A stretch of 64,000 bases of DNA, from positions 3,087 to 67,086 of the forward strand of contig CAWJEX010000004.1 in the NCBI GenBank assembly GCA_963841995.1. Direction: 5' to 3'. The notes beneath the pieces are model-generated. The model saw only the letters and a program-made list of their open reading frames with translations, did not search any database and was not told the origin of the DNA. The stretch is from an uncultured Alphaproteobacteria bacterium (GTDB lineage: Bacteria; Pseudomonadota; Alphaproteobacteria; DATDPM01). Below, piece after piece: positions 1 to 8,229 of the stretch (the first letter of the stretch is position 1; each line of letters opens with the position of its first letter). Made by a program: the position numbers and the translations under genes.

Positions 1-820
1 TGAGCACAAAACCATCGATCGTCTCGCCTACAATCGGAACTGGGATCAACGGCAGCTGCATGATGGCGCCGCCGATGTCCGCCGATTCAGCTGTCGGCAG
101 CCCAACCACGTCCAGCACCAAGGCAGTACAATTGTCGGCGCTGCCGGATTGAATGGCGGCCGTAACCAACGCGCGAGCCGTATCCCCGGGAGCAGAGCGC
201 TCGCGCAGGATCTCGGCGATGCTTGGGTCCGTCAGGAAGCCGTGGACACCGTCGCTGCATAGAAGGAAGCGGTCGTGCAGCGCCACCGGCTGGGTGCCGT
301 AGTCCATGCGCACCTCCGGCTCGACGCCCAGCGCACGGTAAAGGATACGCGAGCGGCCGGTGCGGTCCTCCCGCACATGGTCGGTGGTCAGGCAGCTCAG
401 GCGGTCGCTGCTCAGTCGGTAGGCACGCGTATCCCCGACATGCAACAAGTGGGCGATGCGGCCGCGCAGCACGAGCGCGGTGAAGGTGCAGCCCATCCCT
501 CGCAGCTTGGGATCCTGCTGGCCTTGGGAATGGATCCAGTCATTGAGTGCATTCACAATCTTGGCCGCTGCGCGTCCCACCTCCATGGTCTCTGGCAGGT
601 CGCAATATCCATCGAGAAAGCCGCGCACGGCGGTTTCCGCGGCCACGCAACCGCCCTTTGCGCCGCCAATTCCATCGGCGATGGCTGCCACGACGTCCCG
701 GCGCGGCTCGGGCAGCTCCGCACCGAGAACCGCGCCGGCGAAATCCTCGTTGCGTTCACGCGGCCCGGTCGCCGAGCTGAATCCGATACTTGCCTTAACG
801 CCAGCCGCACGCTCAACCAA
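1..820 (-). CDS. PP2C-family Ser/Thr protein phosphatase. N-terminal catalytic domain; the gene continues past the window start, so the C-terminus is truncated by the window edge
   Basis: I translated the minus strand by hand. It contains IGFSSATGPRERNEDFAG, DGIGGAKGG, GMGCTFTALVL, HVGDTRAYRL, LLCSDGVH and SADNCTALVLDV, which are canonical PP2C motifs. There is no ATG; a probable TTG start lies near 820, and an in-frame stop sits upstream at about 866. The frame is open all the way to coordinate 1. Confidence 0.75.
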   Translation of the reverse strand, partial: MVERAAGVKASIGFSSATGPRERNEDFAGAVLGAELPEPRRDVVAAIADGIGGAKGGCVAAETAVRGFLDGYCDLPETMEVGRAAAKIVNALNDWIHSQGQQDPKLRGMGCTFTALVLRGRIAHLLHVGDTRAYRLSSDRLSCLTTDHVREDRTGRSRILYRALGVEPEVRMDYGTQPVALHDRFLLCSDGVHGFLTDPSIAEILRERSAPGDTARALVTAAIQSGSADNCTALVLDVVGLPTAESADIGGAIMQLPLIPVPIVGETIDGFVL

Positions 821-912
821 TGCCGCCGCTCCGATTCCGCCAGGCAACGGGCTGCTTGGATGGTGACACGGTCTTGATGCCGCCGCGATTCTGGGATTGC
901 GGCTTCAATTCG

Positions 913-1248
913 TCAGCCTGAATTCTCCAGCCTGCAACGATCGTAGAGGAAATAGCCGCCGGTACTCGACGCGACGATTACCGTAAGATTCCCGGATTTG
1001 CGGTCGAGCGTGTAGTTGCCGCCGTCCGTAGCGTCGTGCCAGGAAATCTCCGCGTCGCTGATACGGGCCGGATTGGAATCCACGGTGCCCCTATCGTAGT
1101 TGATCCTAATCTGCCAGGTCGCGCCGCTCGCCGGATTGGTGCAGCTGATCGCGGTCTCGCTCGGCTGCGCCTCACAATTGAGGGGGGGAAGGGCCATGCC
1201 GGCTGCCAGCGCGGCGATCCCCGCCACTAGGGGCCGGGTCAAGAACAT
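913..1248 (-). CDS. hypothetical secreted protein (N-terminal signal peptide), immediately upstream of and co-oriented with the PP2C phosphatase
   Basis: 111-aa ORF with a hydrophobic leader, MFLTRPLVAGIAALAAGMALPP, and Cys residues. I recognise no domain. Confidence 0.45.
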   Translation of the reverse strand: MFLTRPLVAGIAALAAGMALPPLNCEAQPSETAISCTNPASGATWQIRINYDRGTVDSNPARISDAEISWHDATDGGNYTLDRKSGNLTVIVASSTGGYFLYDRCRLENSG

Positions 1249-1499
1249 GATCGCATGAGCCTGGCCATGAGCAGAGTCTTAGTCAATTCCCGCGAGTTTG
1301 CAAAGATCGCCGCGCAAATGGGGGCGTCGGATCCTCTCCTGACATCGATCGACCGTCGTTGGACGACAATCCTTAACCGGACCGATTCTGTCTAATTTAT
1401 ATTCAGAATGCCTTTTTTATTATCGTTCGGCTCATAAACGCAGCTTCGACCGCAATCGGGAAAGTGTTCCCGGCCAGTGATTTCGCTGTGCTGCGCAAA

Positions 1500-1515
1500 T
1501 GGTACAAATTTTGCT
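1500..1515 (+). promoter_or_regulatory. sigma-54 (RpoN) -24/-12 promoter element, TGGTAC-N5-TTGCT, about 105 bp upstream of amt
   Basis: TGGTACAAATTTTGCT has GG and GC separated by exactly 10 nt, matching the TGGCAC-N5-TTGCW consensus. A CGGGAAagtgTTCCCG palindrome lies at 1456-1471 just upstream. Confidence 0.55.
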
Positions 1516-1622
1516 TATCTCCGACCGGAGTCGCTCCATTGGGTTACTCGCCCGCGTCTCATGACTTCGTGGAGGTAGTGATTTTCTAGGAAAGCCAGCA
1601 ACGGCAAATTAGGGGGATATCC

Positions 1623-2942
1623 ATGCTCGTACCATCGCCTAAATGGCTAGATACAGGGGACAACGCTTGGCAATTGGCGGCCGCGACTTTTGTCGGGCTG
1701 CAAAGCATTCCTGGCCTGGCGGTTCTTTATGGCGGCATCGTCAAGAAGAAATGGGCAATCAACTCCGCCTTTATGTGCTTTTACGCGTTCGCCTCAGTCC
1801 TGATCGTCTGGGTCCTTTTCGACTACAATTTGGCGTTCGGGCCTCAATGGTTCCCATTTCTAGGCACGCCGAGCTTAGCGACGTCGGCCGCGTTCACCAC
1901 CGGCCAGGCGATAGTTCCGGCGGCGGCCTCTGGGATGCCGGAAATGGCTTTCCCAATGGCGACCCTGGTTTTCTTCCAATTCGTGTTCGCGGCAATCACC
2001 GTGATTATTCTCGGCGGCTCGGTCCTTGGCCGCATGAGCTTCAAGGCGTGGGTGATCTTCTGCCCCGTATGGATGACAGTGGTCTATACCGTGGGGGCAT
2101 TTAGCCTATGGGGTGGTGGCTGGCTCGCCGGCATGGGCGTGGCAGACTTCTCGGGCGGCTATGTCATCCATCTCGCTGCCGGCACCTCCGGATTCGTCGC
2201 CGCGGCGATGGTCGGTCCACGCCTGGAAGCCGATCGAACGCATTTCCCACCCAATAGCCTGCTGGTCACGCTGATCGGTGCCGGCATCCTATGGCTGGGT
2301 TGGAACGGCTTCAACGGCGGCGACCCCTATTTCGCCAACGCCGATGCGGGCGCGGCGGTGCTTAACACCAACACGGCAACTGCGGTGGCCCTTTTGGTCT
2401 GGACGCTGATGGACAAGATGGCCTATGGCAAGCCATCGATCATCGGCGCGGTCAACGGCATGATCGCGGGCCTGGTCGCGATCACCCCCGCCGCGGGTTA
2501 CGTGGATGGCTTCGGCGCTATTATCATCGGCGTGTGCGCCGGGATCATTCCGTGGCTCGCCATGAACAAGCTCCAAAAGACCAAGCTGATGATGAGGGTG
2601 GACGACACGTTGAGCGTATTATCCACCCATGGTGTTGCCGGTCTGATGGGCGGTCTGCTGACGGGCATCCTCGCCAACCCTGACATGCTACAATATATCG
2701 GCACGGATAAAGATGCGCCCGGCGTCAGCGTCACGGGCTGGCTCTACGGCAACCCCCACCAGTTCCTCCTTCAGGTATACGGGGCGGCGTTCATCATCGT
2801 GTTCAATGCGATAGCCACCTTTATCATCCTCAAGGTCATCTCGTTCATTACGCCACTGCGTATGGATGATGCGATCCTGAAGGTTGGAGACGATGCGGTT
2901 CACGGCGAGACCGCTTACGCGATTGGCACAGAAGGCGAGTAA
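1623..2942 (+). CDS. amtB: ammonium transporter (Amt family)
   Basis: 439-aa ORF with about 11 TM segments and typical Amt sequence: WQLAAATFVGLQ, GFALVE-like. No glnK is adjacent. Confidence 0.92.
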   Translation: MLVPSPKWLDTGDNAWQLAAATFVGLQSIPGLAVLYGGIVKKKWAINSAFMCFYAFASVLIVWVLFDYNLAFGPQWFPFLGTPSLATSAAFTTGQAIVPAAASGMPEMAFPMATLVFFQFVFAAITVIILGGSVLGRMSFKAWVIFCPVWMTVVYTVGAFSLWGGGWLAGMGVADFSGGYVIHLAAGTSGFVAAAMVGPRLEADRTHFPPNSLLVTLIGAGILWLGWNGFNGGDPYFANADAGAAVLNTNTATAVALLVWTLMDKMAYGKPSIIGAVNGMIAGLVAITPAAGYVDGFGAIIIGVCAGIIPWLAMNKLQKTKLMMRVDDTLSVLSTHGVAGLMGGLLTGILANPDMLQYIGTDKDAPGVSVTGWLYGNPHQFLLQVYGAAFIIVFNAIATFIILKVISFITPLRMDDAILKVGDDAVHGETAYAIGTEGE

Positions 2943-2952
2943 TCCGCTGGAC

Positions 2953-3007
2953 TGCTGCCGGTTCCAATGACACCGAGTTTGGATGTGTCTGAGAGAACCG
3001 GCAGCAG
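2953..3007. terminator. 13-bp perfect inverted repeat (CTGCTGCCGGTTC ... GAACCGGCAGCAG) downstream of amt
   Basis: Seen directly in the sequence. The loop is long (about 30 nt) and no U-tract follows. Confidence 0.3.
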
Positions 3008-3254
3008 ATCAGAAGCAGTGAACGCGCTCAGGCTCCTTTGGTTTTCAATTAATCGGTGGGGTGCTCCCATACGGAGCGATGGGTCTTGACGGGTTGCACC
3101 GGAGCGGACCCGATTCCCGGGTATCCGCTGCCTGGCACCGCGGAAATCCTTGGTTTACGGGGCCCATGTTGGGTTCCTGGCACCCCAGCGATCTTTCCGA
3201 TTTCTTCGACCGGAAGCTTCAAGTGAAGGAGCGCAGTTAATCGCTGCAGCTAAG

Positions 3255-3670
3255 TTACTTCGGGCCCTCGCGCCGTAAGTTCGACAGATACGCCTTGATC
3301 CCGCTGTCGCCGCGAACGACATCGTCGATCAAGAAGCCGACGACCTTGTCGTAGCAGGCTTTCACGTGTGGCAGGGAGATGCCGTCATTGCAAACACGCA
3401 TGAGTTCCGTGGCGTGATTCAATAGCGATGCGTGATAGACCGTGTGTTCATTGACTTCTGGAAAGCCGATACGGCGGAGCAGCGCCTCCTCTTTCCCGAA
3501 ATAATCTTTTGACGCTTCAATGAAAGCCTGAACGTCGGCCCGGCACAGATTCAGATCTGGCTTTTCAAGGTTTTTTCGACGTCCTTTAGAGCCACGATGA
3601 GACGCCGGTGTTCCTCGTCGATTTCCTTTTCTCCGACTTCCAAGGAGGGCGACCACTCGAACGTTCTCAT
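3255..3670 (-). CDS. bacteriohemerythrin-like (HHE cation-binding) protein, paralog 1, frameshifted
   Basis: The N-terminus MRTFEWSPSLEVGEKEIDEEHRRLI and the H..E..H..H..D spacing (FGKEEALL..FPEVNEHTVYH) are hemerythrin-like. The span is not a multiple of 3. The frame break is at the A6/T6 run near 3573-3580; one extra A restores a 139-aa protein. Confidence 0.6.
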
Positions 3671-3828
3671 AGGCGCACATTGCCTTTCGGCAGTTCGCTG
3701 GACGGGTAGCGACCAGTGTCCCAATGCCTCTTAAACGTGCCAGTCAAAGACCATAAGCCCCAAGCCTAGGACAATAAATTTACGGATGTTATTCCGTGTC
3801 CGGGCGGAAAGGCGAAAGTATGCCGGCG

Positions 3829-4356
3829 TTAGGGACTTTTCGGCGCAGTGATGATCACGGCGGCGACTTCGCGGTCGCGTCTCGACTGCGGGTCGGCGAA
3901 TTTGCCGGTCTGGATTTTCTCGCTCGGAACGCCCGCCCGAATCAAGGCATCGCGGACGGCGGCAATGCGCCGGTCCATCAGGCTCTGGTTGCGCAGGCCG
4001 TTGCCGTTCGGGTCGCTGTGGCCGTCGAGCCCGATTTCGCTCGATGGATTCGCCGCAACATAAGCAGCGGCCCGCGCCACCTTGTCCTTGTCCGAAGGCT
4101 GAATCCTGGCTTCGTCGAAATCGAAAGTGAAGGCGACGAAAGTGGTCCCGCTCGCCTTGCCGTCGTCATCTCTGATGTTACTTTGGTCATCCTCGGCTGA
4201 CTGGAGTGCGATTTTCTCGGCCGCCGGTCCTGTTGCCTGTGTCCCATGCGGCGCGGAACGATCACCACCGCTAAGGGCGGGGCTGATCTGCCATGCAAAA
4301 ACCGCCGCCAAAAGCGCGAACCCAGCGGAAATAGGAAGAACAATCCGGGCTTTCAT
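3829..4356 (-). CDS. OmpA-family peptidoglycan-binding protein (signal peptide plus C-terminal OmpA/MotB domain)
   Basis: FDFDEARIQP...GHSDPNGNGLRNQSLMDRRIAAVRDAL is the OmpA_C signature. An N-terminal leader is present. Confidence 0.8.
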   Translation of the reverse strand: MKARIVLPISAGFALLAAVFAWQISPALSGGDRSAPHGTQATGPAAEKIALQSAEDDQSNIRDDDGKASGTTFVAFTFDFDEARIQPSDKDKVARAAAYVAANPSSEIGLDGHSDPNGNGLRNQSLMDRRIAAVRDALIRAGVPSEKIQTGKFADPQSRRDREVAAVIITAPKSP

Positions 4357-4829
4357 TCGAGGTACGCTTCAAGCGTGACGGATGATTCTTCGGCGGTTCC
4401 ATCGGCATCGGAGCTTGCCAAATGCCGCGCCGTAGCAACCTGCTCCGGCGCCATTTGCGCCGATACGCGCTCGAATCCCGACAACGCCTTTTGACGGTGG
4501 GCGCCTTTGGCGCGTGGTATGGCCCTGAGGAACCAGGCACAGGAGGCTATGCAATGTTTGGGCGAATCCGCGCTCTCGGCATAGATCTCCCCCAATTTGA
4601 TCTGGGCGCAGGCCAGGTCCTGCCCGGCCGCCCGCGACAACCATTCGATGGCGGCCGTCCGGTCGCCAATTGCGGCGTGGCCGTTGTCATCCACGCGGTT
4701 ATCGAGGAATACGCCGAGATTGAATTGCGCGATGGCGTCGCCTTTTTCGGCAGCGCCAACCAGGTGTTTCGTGGCCGTATTCCGGATTGTGCGCGCTCCG
4801 TGGGCACTGGCCGACGCGACCTGCGCCAT
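4353..4829 (-). CDS. Sel1-repeat (TPR-like) protein
   Basis: AQFNLGVFL...AIEWLSRAAGQ...AQIKLGEIY are Sel1-like repeats. Its stop overlaps the OmpA-like gene start. Confidence 0.6.
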   Translation of the reverse strand: MAQVASASAHGARTIRNTATKHLVGAAEKGDAIAQFNLGVFLDNRVDDNGHAAIGDRTAAIEWLSRAAGQDLACAQIKLGEIYAESADSPKHCIASCAWFLRAIPRAKGAHRQKALSGFERVSAQMAPEQVATARHLASSDADGTAEESSVTLEAYLE

Positions 4830-4832
4830 GTC

Positions 4833-4997
4833 CTACACCAGCCCCGATTCGAGTTTCGTGGCACCGTCTTCATATTCCCGGGCGATGGATTGCAACTCGT
4901 CCGCGGTGCCGTTCGACCGCGCGTCGAGGGCCAGCTTCCGGCAGTGCGCCGCTTTGTCGCGAAGCCGCGAAGCCTCGAACGCCGATTGTTCTTCCAT
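4833..4997 (-). CDS. small ORF (54 aa), hypothetical. First gene of the apparent smallORF-Sel1-OmpA operon
   Basis: MEEQSAFEASRLRDKAAHCRKLALDARSNGTADELQSIAREYEDGATKLESGLV. Its stop lies 3 nt before the Sel1 ATG. It is not in the ORF track because it is shorter than 60 aa. Confidence 0.35.
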   Translation of the reverse strand: MEEQSAFEASRLRDKAAHCRKLALDARSNGTADELQSIAREYEDGATKLESGLV

Positions 4998-5039
4998 TTT
5001 TTTCTCCTGACGATGCGCGGGACGGTGGCAAAAGCCCTT

Positions 5040-5400
5040 ATTTAATTTATTTGGCTACGAAATAATTAAATAACAAGGCGCAGACCGATTTATTAAGTAT
5101 GACCATGAAAAGACTAAATAACAAGGCAATAACCGAGAATAATTCTTACCCTTCCGGAAAAATATTCTCTGCCTTAATTATTACATTTTTACACGATGGT
5201 GGCGAGACGTCGATAGCGATGGCCTCGCCCGTCTTGACGCAGGCGGAAGTATTTTTGAAATAACCGCGCCAAAAATTATTTTGCGCCTTGTATAATTTAT
5301 TAAAATCACCATTTAAGAATTACTCTAAATATGGGGTCTCTATCAGATCATCCAACGGACAGTAAAATCCGGCTCATTATTTGCACTCGCGAAATTATTT
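5040..5400. repeat. AT-rich (low-GC) intergenic island containing direct repeats
   Basis: GC is far below the surrounding sequence. It holds TAAATAACAAGGC at 5067-5079 and 5115-5127, and a perfect 18-bp tandem duplication TATTTGCACTCGCGAAAT x2 at 5378-5413. Confidence 0.7.
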
Positions 5401-5701
5401 GCACTCGCGAAATTCGCGCCGCTTGCCGGGGCGGTGCCGCGCCGGGAATGCCGCGATGACACCCTATCGTCCGAACATGATCGAGGGCAGCAAGGACAGC
5501 GCCGCCCTCGCCAAGGGTGCAAACGGCGGCAGCTTCAAGGGCGAAAATGAAGCCATCAGCAGGAGTACAAACGGCGGCAACCACAGGCCGGCATAATTCG
5601 CGACTCGTTCAGCGGCACCAAAAAGCAATGCGCATCTCCGATCTGCGCATTTGCTTGCGTATCGGCGGCAAATCATTGCCGCCGCATAGGAGGATCCTCG
5701 A

Positions 5702-6145
5702 ATGACAGAACATCAATTCAAATCGGCAAATCCGGCGGCACAGGGTGCAAAAACTCACTCCGGCTCGGATAAGCAAGCGCCCCAAAACGGGGGCCAGACC
5801 TGGGGTTTCTTTGCCATCGACAATCTGCCCGAATCCATGCAGGCGCAATCGGCAGCATGGCTCAATGGACAGGCCGATCTTTTCGCCGGAATGCAGGGCA
5901 TGATGGCGGAAAGAATGAAGCGTTGCCAGGATGGAGCCTCATTCGCCCTCCAGTCGTTTCAGCGCCTTTGCGGCAGCACGAACGGCGCAGACGCGCTTTC
6001 CGCCTATCAGGACTGGCTGACCGGCGCCATGTCGTTCTTCATGGCCGATCTGACCGCCCTGCAGGATCAGTCTGCCCGCATGACGCAGATGAACCAGAGC
6101 ACGCTCCGCGCCGCATCACCGCCGAAATCGGCCGCGGCCGCTTAA
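5702..6145 (+). CDS. hypothetical protein, possibly phasin-like (Gln/Ala-rich amphipathic)
   Basis: 147-aa ORF with an AGGAGGA ribosome-binding site 8 nt upstream. Weak resemblance to phasin_2-type proteins. A 35-bp palindrome lies about 45 bp upstream. Confidence 0.4.
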   Translation: MTEHQFKSANPAAQGAKTHSGSDKQAPQNGGQTWGFFAIDNLPESMQAQSAAWLNGQADLFAGMQGMMAERMKRCQDGASFALQSFQRLCGSTNGADALSAYQDWLTGAMSFFMADLTALQDQSARMTQMNQSTLRAASPPKSAAAA

Positions 6146-6212
6146 ATCCGGCGGAGTACTCGGGAAGACGGGGCGAGCCCGCCGGTTCGATCGACCCTGC
6201 TTCATTTAATTG

Positions 6213-6250
6213 CGCACGGACCGCCGCTCCCATGGGGGCGGCGGTCCGTG
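6213..6250. terminator. GC-rich perfect hairpin (ACGGACCGCCGC-tcccatgggg-GCGGCGGTCCGT) between convergent genes, a likely bidirectional terminator
   Basis: 12 to 13 bp perfect stem, seen in the sequence, located between the stop at 6145 and the stop at 6334. Confidence 0.5.
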
Positions 6251-6333
6251 TCGTATTGCGGCCGAATTGTTGCGCGGTCAATGGCTTACGGCAATTGGTC
6301 CAATCAATCGCCGCAAGCTCCTTGCGGCAAGAA

Positions 6334-6755
6334 TTACGTCACGGCACCGCTATTGCTGTTATTGCTGTCGAGAAACTCCTTGATGCCGATGTCGCCGCGA
6401 ATGACGTCGTCGATCAGGAACTCTGCAACTTGGTCGTAACAGATCCGCGCATCGGGTTCGTTTACCCCGGTGGTGCATGTTCTCTGAGCTCGTTCGCCCC
6501 AGTCAAAAGCGATAAGTGATAGAATTTGTGCTCGTCGATGGTCGGGAACCCGATGCGGGCAAGGAAGGTTTCCTCCTTGGCAAAATGATCCGCCGCCGCG
6601 TCGATGAAAATTTGAATTTTTGCGCGGCACAACTTCTGATCTTGCTGTTCGATTGCGCTTCCGACCTCTTGCATGAGGGCGACGAGGCGCCGGTGATCGT
6701 CGTCGATTTCTCCGGCGCCGATTTCGAGCGACGACGACCATTCAATCCGTCTCAT
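6334..6755 (-). CDS. bacteriohemerythrin-like protein, paralog 2, frameshifted
   Basis: MRRIEWSSSLEIGAGEIDDDHRRLV...FAKEETFLARIGFPTIDEHKFYH. The C-terminal ...ICYDQVAEFLIDDVIRGDIGIKEFL continues in another frame. The break is at the CCACCGGGG run near 6478-6486. About 55% identical to paralog 1. Confidence 0.6.
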
Positions 6756-6815
6756 AGCTGCGCATCTCCTGGGCAACCGACACGGCCCCGCCCCTCCGAC
6801 AGGGCGGGCCCATCG

Positions 6816-6829
6816 CATCCTATAGGATG
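6816..6829. promoter_or_regulatory. 14-bp perfect palindrome CATCCTATAGGATG in the divergent hemerythrin/tetR intergenic region, a candidate operator
   Basis: Seen in the sequence. TetR-family regulators bind palindromes in their own promoter regions. Confidence 0.35.
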
Positions 6830-7017
6830 TTGTTTGAAATCTCGGAATAAGCAGCATATCCCGGCGTATACGTTCTTCGTCTGGTATGGGGATGCCGCCA
6901 GCTTGCGCGGCCGGCGGTCGCACTTCTTAAAGACGATCGAGGCCCACAATCAATTCCACAAACTGCTGCGCCGATTGCCGCTGCATTCCCCCGGCGTTTC
7001 ATGTAAGACCATCTCAC

Positions 7018-7659
7018 ATGACGTGGTCGCGACAGGGACGGGGGCGCCGGGGCTATCACCACGGCAATTTGCGCGAGGCGCTGATTCAAGCCGCGCTCGA
7101 TCTGATCGCGCAAAAAGGTCCGGGGGGGTTCACCTTCGCCGAAGCCGCGCGCTCGGCGGGAGTCAGCTCAGCCGCGCCCTACCGGCATTTCCGGGATCGC
7201 GATGCGCTGCTGGCCGATGTCGCCCGCCGCGGCTTCGAGGAATTCGCGGCGGCGCTGGAGAGGGCGTGGAATGACGGCCGGCCCGATCCGTTCACCGCCT
7301 TCCAAAATGTCGGCCGCGCTTATCTCGCTTTCGCCCGCGAAGAGCCGGCGTACTACTCCGCCATGTTCGAAGCCGGCGTGCCGATGGATGCCGATCCGGA
7401 ATTGCGCGAGGCGGGCGAGCGGGCCTTTGGGGTTTTGCGCAAGGCGGCGGAAACCTTGTCCGCGCGGCTGCCCAAGGAAAAGCGGCCGCCGCCGATGATG
7501 ATGAGCTTGCATATCTGGGCGCTTTCCCACGGCATCGCGTCGCTCTTCGCCCGCGGGGATGCTGGCGGACGGAAGCTCCCGATGGAGGCAGAAGAGCTGC
7601 TCGAAGCCGCGGTCCTCATTTATCTGCGCGGCCTTGGCCTGGTCGGCGATAAGCTGTGA
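7018..7659 (+). CDS. TetR/AcrR-family transcriptional regulator
   Basis: An N-terminal HTH (LREALIQAALDLIAQKGPGGFTFAEAARSAGVSSAAPYRHF) is diagnostic of TetR_N. Confidence 0.88.
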   Translation: MTWSRQGRGRRGYHHGNLREALIQAALDLIAQKGPGGFTFAEAARSAGVSSAAPYRHFRDRDALLADVARRGFEEFAAALERAWNDGRPDPFTAFQNVGRAYLAFAREEPAYYSAMFEAGVPMDADPELREAGERAFGVLRKAAETLSARLPKEKRPPPMMMSLHIWALSHGIASLFARGDAGGRKLPMEAEELLEAAVLIYLRGLGLVGDKL

Positions 7660-7713
7660 TGCACCGATAAAACTGGACCTTCGAGACGCCACTTGACGGG
7701 TTTCCGGGCGCTG

Positions 7714-7731
7714 GCTATGTTAATGTTACTT
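7714..7731. promoter_or_regulatory. AT-rich imperfect palindrome TAATGTTACTTACATTTA just upstream of the DUF2852 gene, a candidate operator/promoter
   Basis: AATGT-N5-ACATT inverted repeat 13 bp before the start codon at 7744. Confidence 0.25.
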
Positions 7732-7743
7732 ACATTTACATAG

Positions 7744-8229
7744 ATGCATGAGGGCAGCATGGATATCGCAGCGAAATTGGAGGAGATCGGAAAGCCGGCG
7801 TGGATCGGCCTCATGATTCTCAGCTTCTTCGCCTTCTGGCCGCTGGGCCTCGCCGTTTTGGCTTTCCTGATATGGAGCGGAAGAATGGGATGTTGGAAAT
7901 ATGCCGGCCAGCCCGGCAACGGCCATTGGGGTTATCGTCATTGGGGCATGGGATTTTGCGGACCTGGTGCCTGGTGGCGAGCCGCGCGCGGCGATGAAAG
8001 CACGAATGGTGGCCCGGGCGGCGGCCGCTACGATGGCCCGTCGAGCGGCAATCGCGTCTTCGATGAATATCGTGAGGAGATCTTGCGCCGGCTCGAGGAA
8101 GAGCAGCGCGAGTTCAAGGATTTTCTCGAACGGTTGCGCCATGCCAAAGACAAGGCAGAGTTCGACCAATTCATGGCCGAGCGCCGGCGCGGCAGCGAAA
8201 GCCCTCAATCTCCGTCCGATACGATCTAG
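7744..8229 (+). CDS. DUF2852-family membrane protein
   Basis: The C-terminal GNRVFDEYREEILRRLEEEQREFKDFLERLRHAKDKAEFDQFM is a conserved DUF2852 signature, preceded by an N-terminal TM segment. Its stop codon TAG is the IS630 insertion site. Confidence 0.7.
   Translation: MHEGSMDIAAKLEEIGKPAWIGLMILSFFAFWPLGLAVLAFLIWSGRMGCWKYAGQPGNGHWGYRHWGMGFCGPGAWWRAARGDESTNGGPGGGRYDGPSSGNRVFDEYREEILRRLEEEQREFKDFLERLRHAKDKAEFDQFMAERRRGSESPQSPSDTI

Noticed and set aside
223-877. Plus-strand ORFs (86 to 200 aa) at the window start
   Set aside because: They are antisense to the PP2C phosphatase gene, which has a clear motif-rich reading frame on the minus strand. Their translations are Arg/Ala-rich with no domain signal.
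5381-5596. Small plus-strand ORFs inside and beside the AT-rich island
   Set aside because: They have low-complexity sequence and no ribosome-binding site. They overlap the repeat region and are more likely promoter or regulatory DNA.
5857-6519. 220-aa plus-strand ORF spanning the phasin-like gene, the terminator hairpin and hemerythrin paralog 2
   Set aside because: It overlaps two better-supported genes in other frames and crosses a strong terminator hairpin. Its composition is typical of spurious high-GC ORFs.
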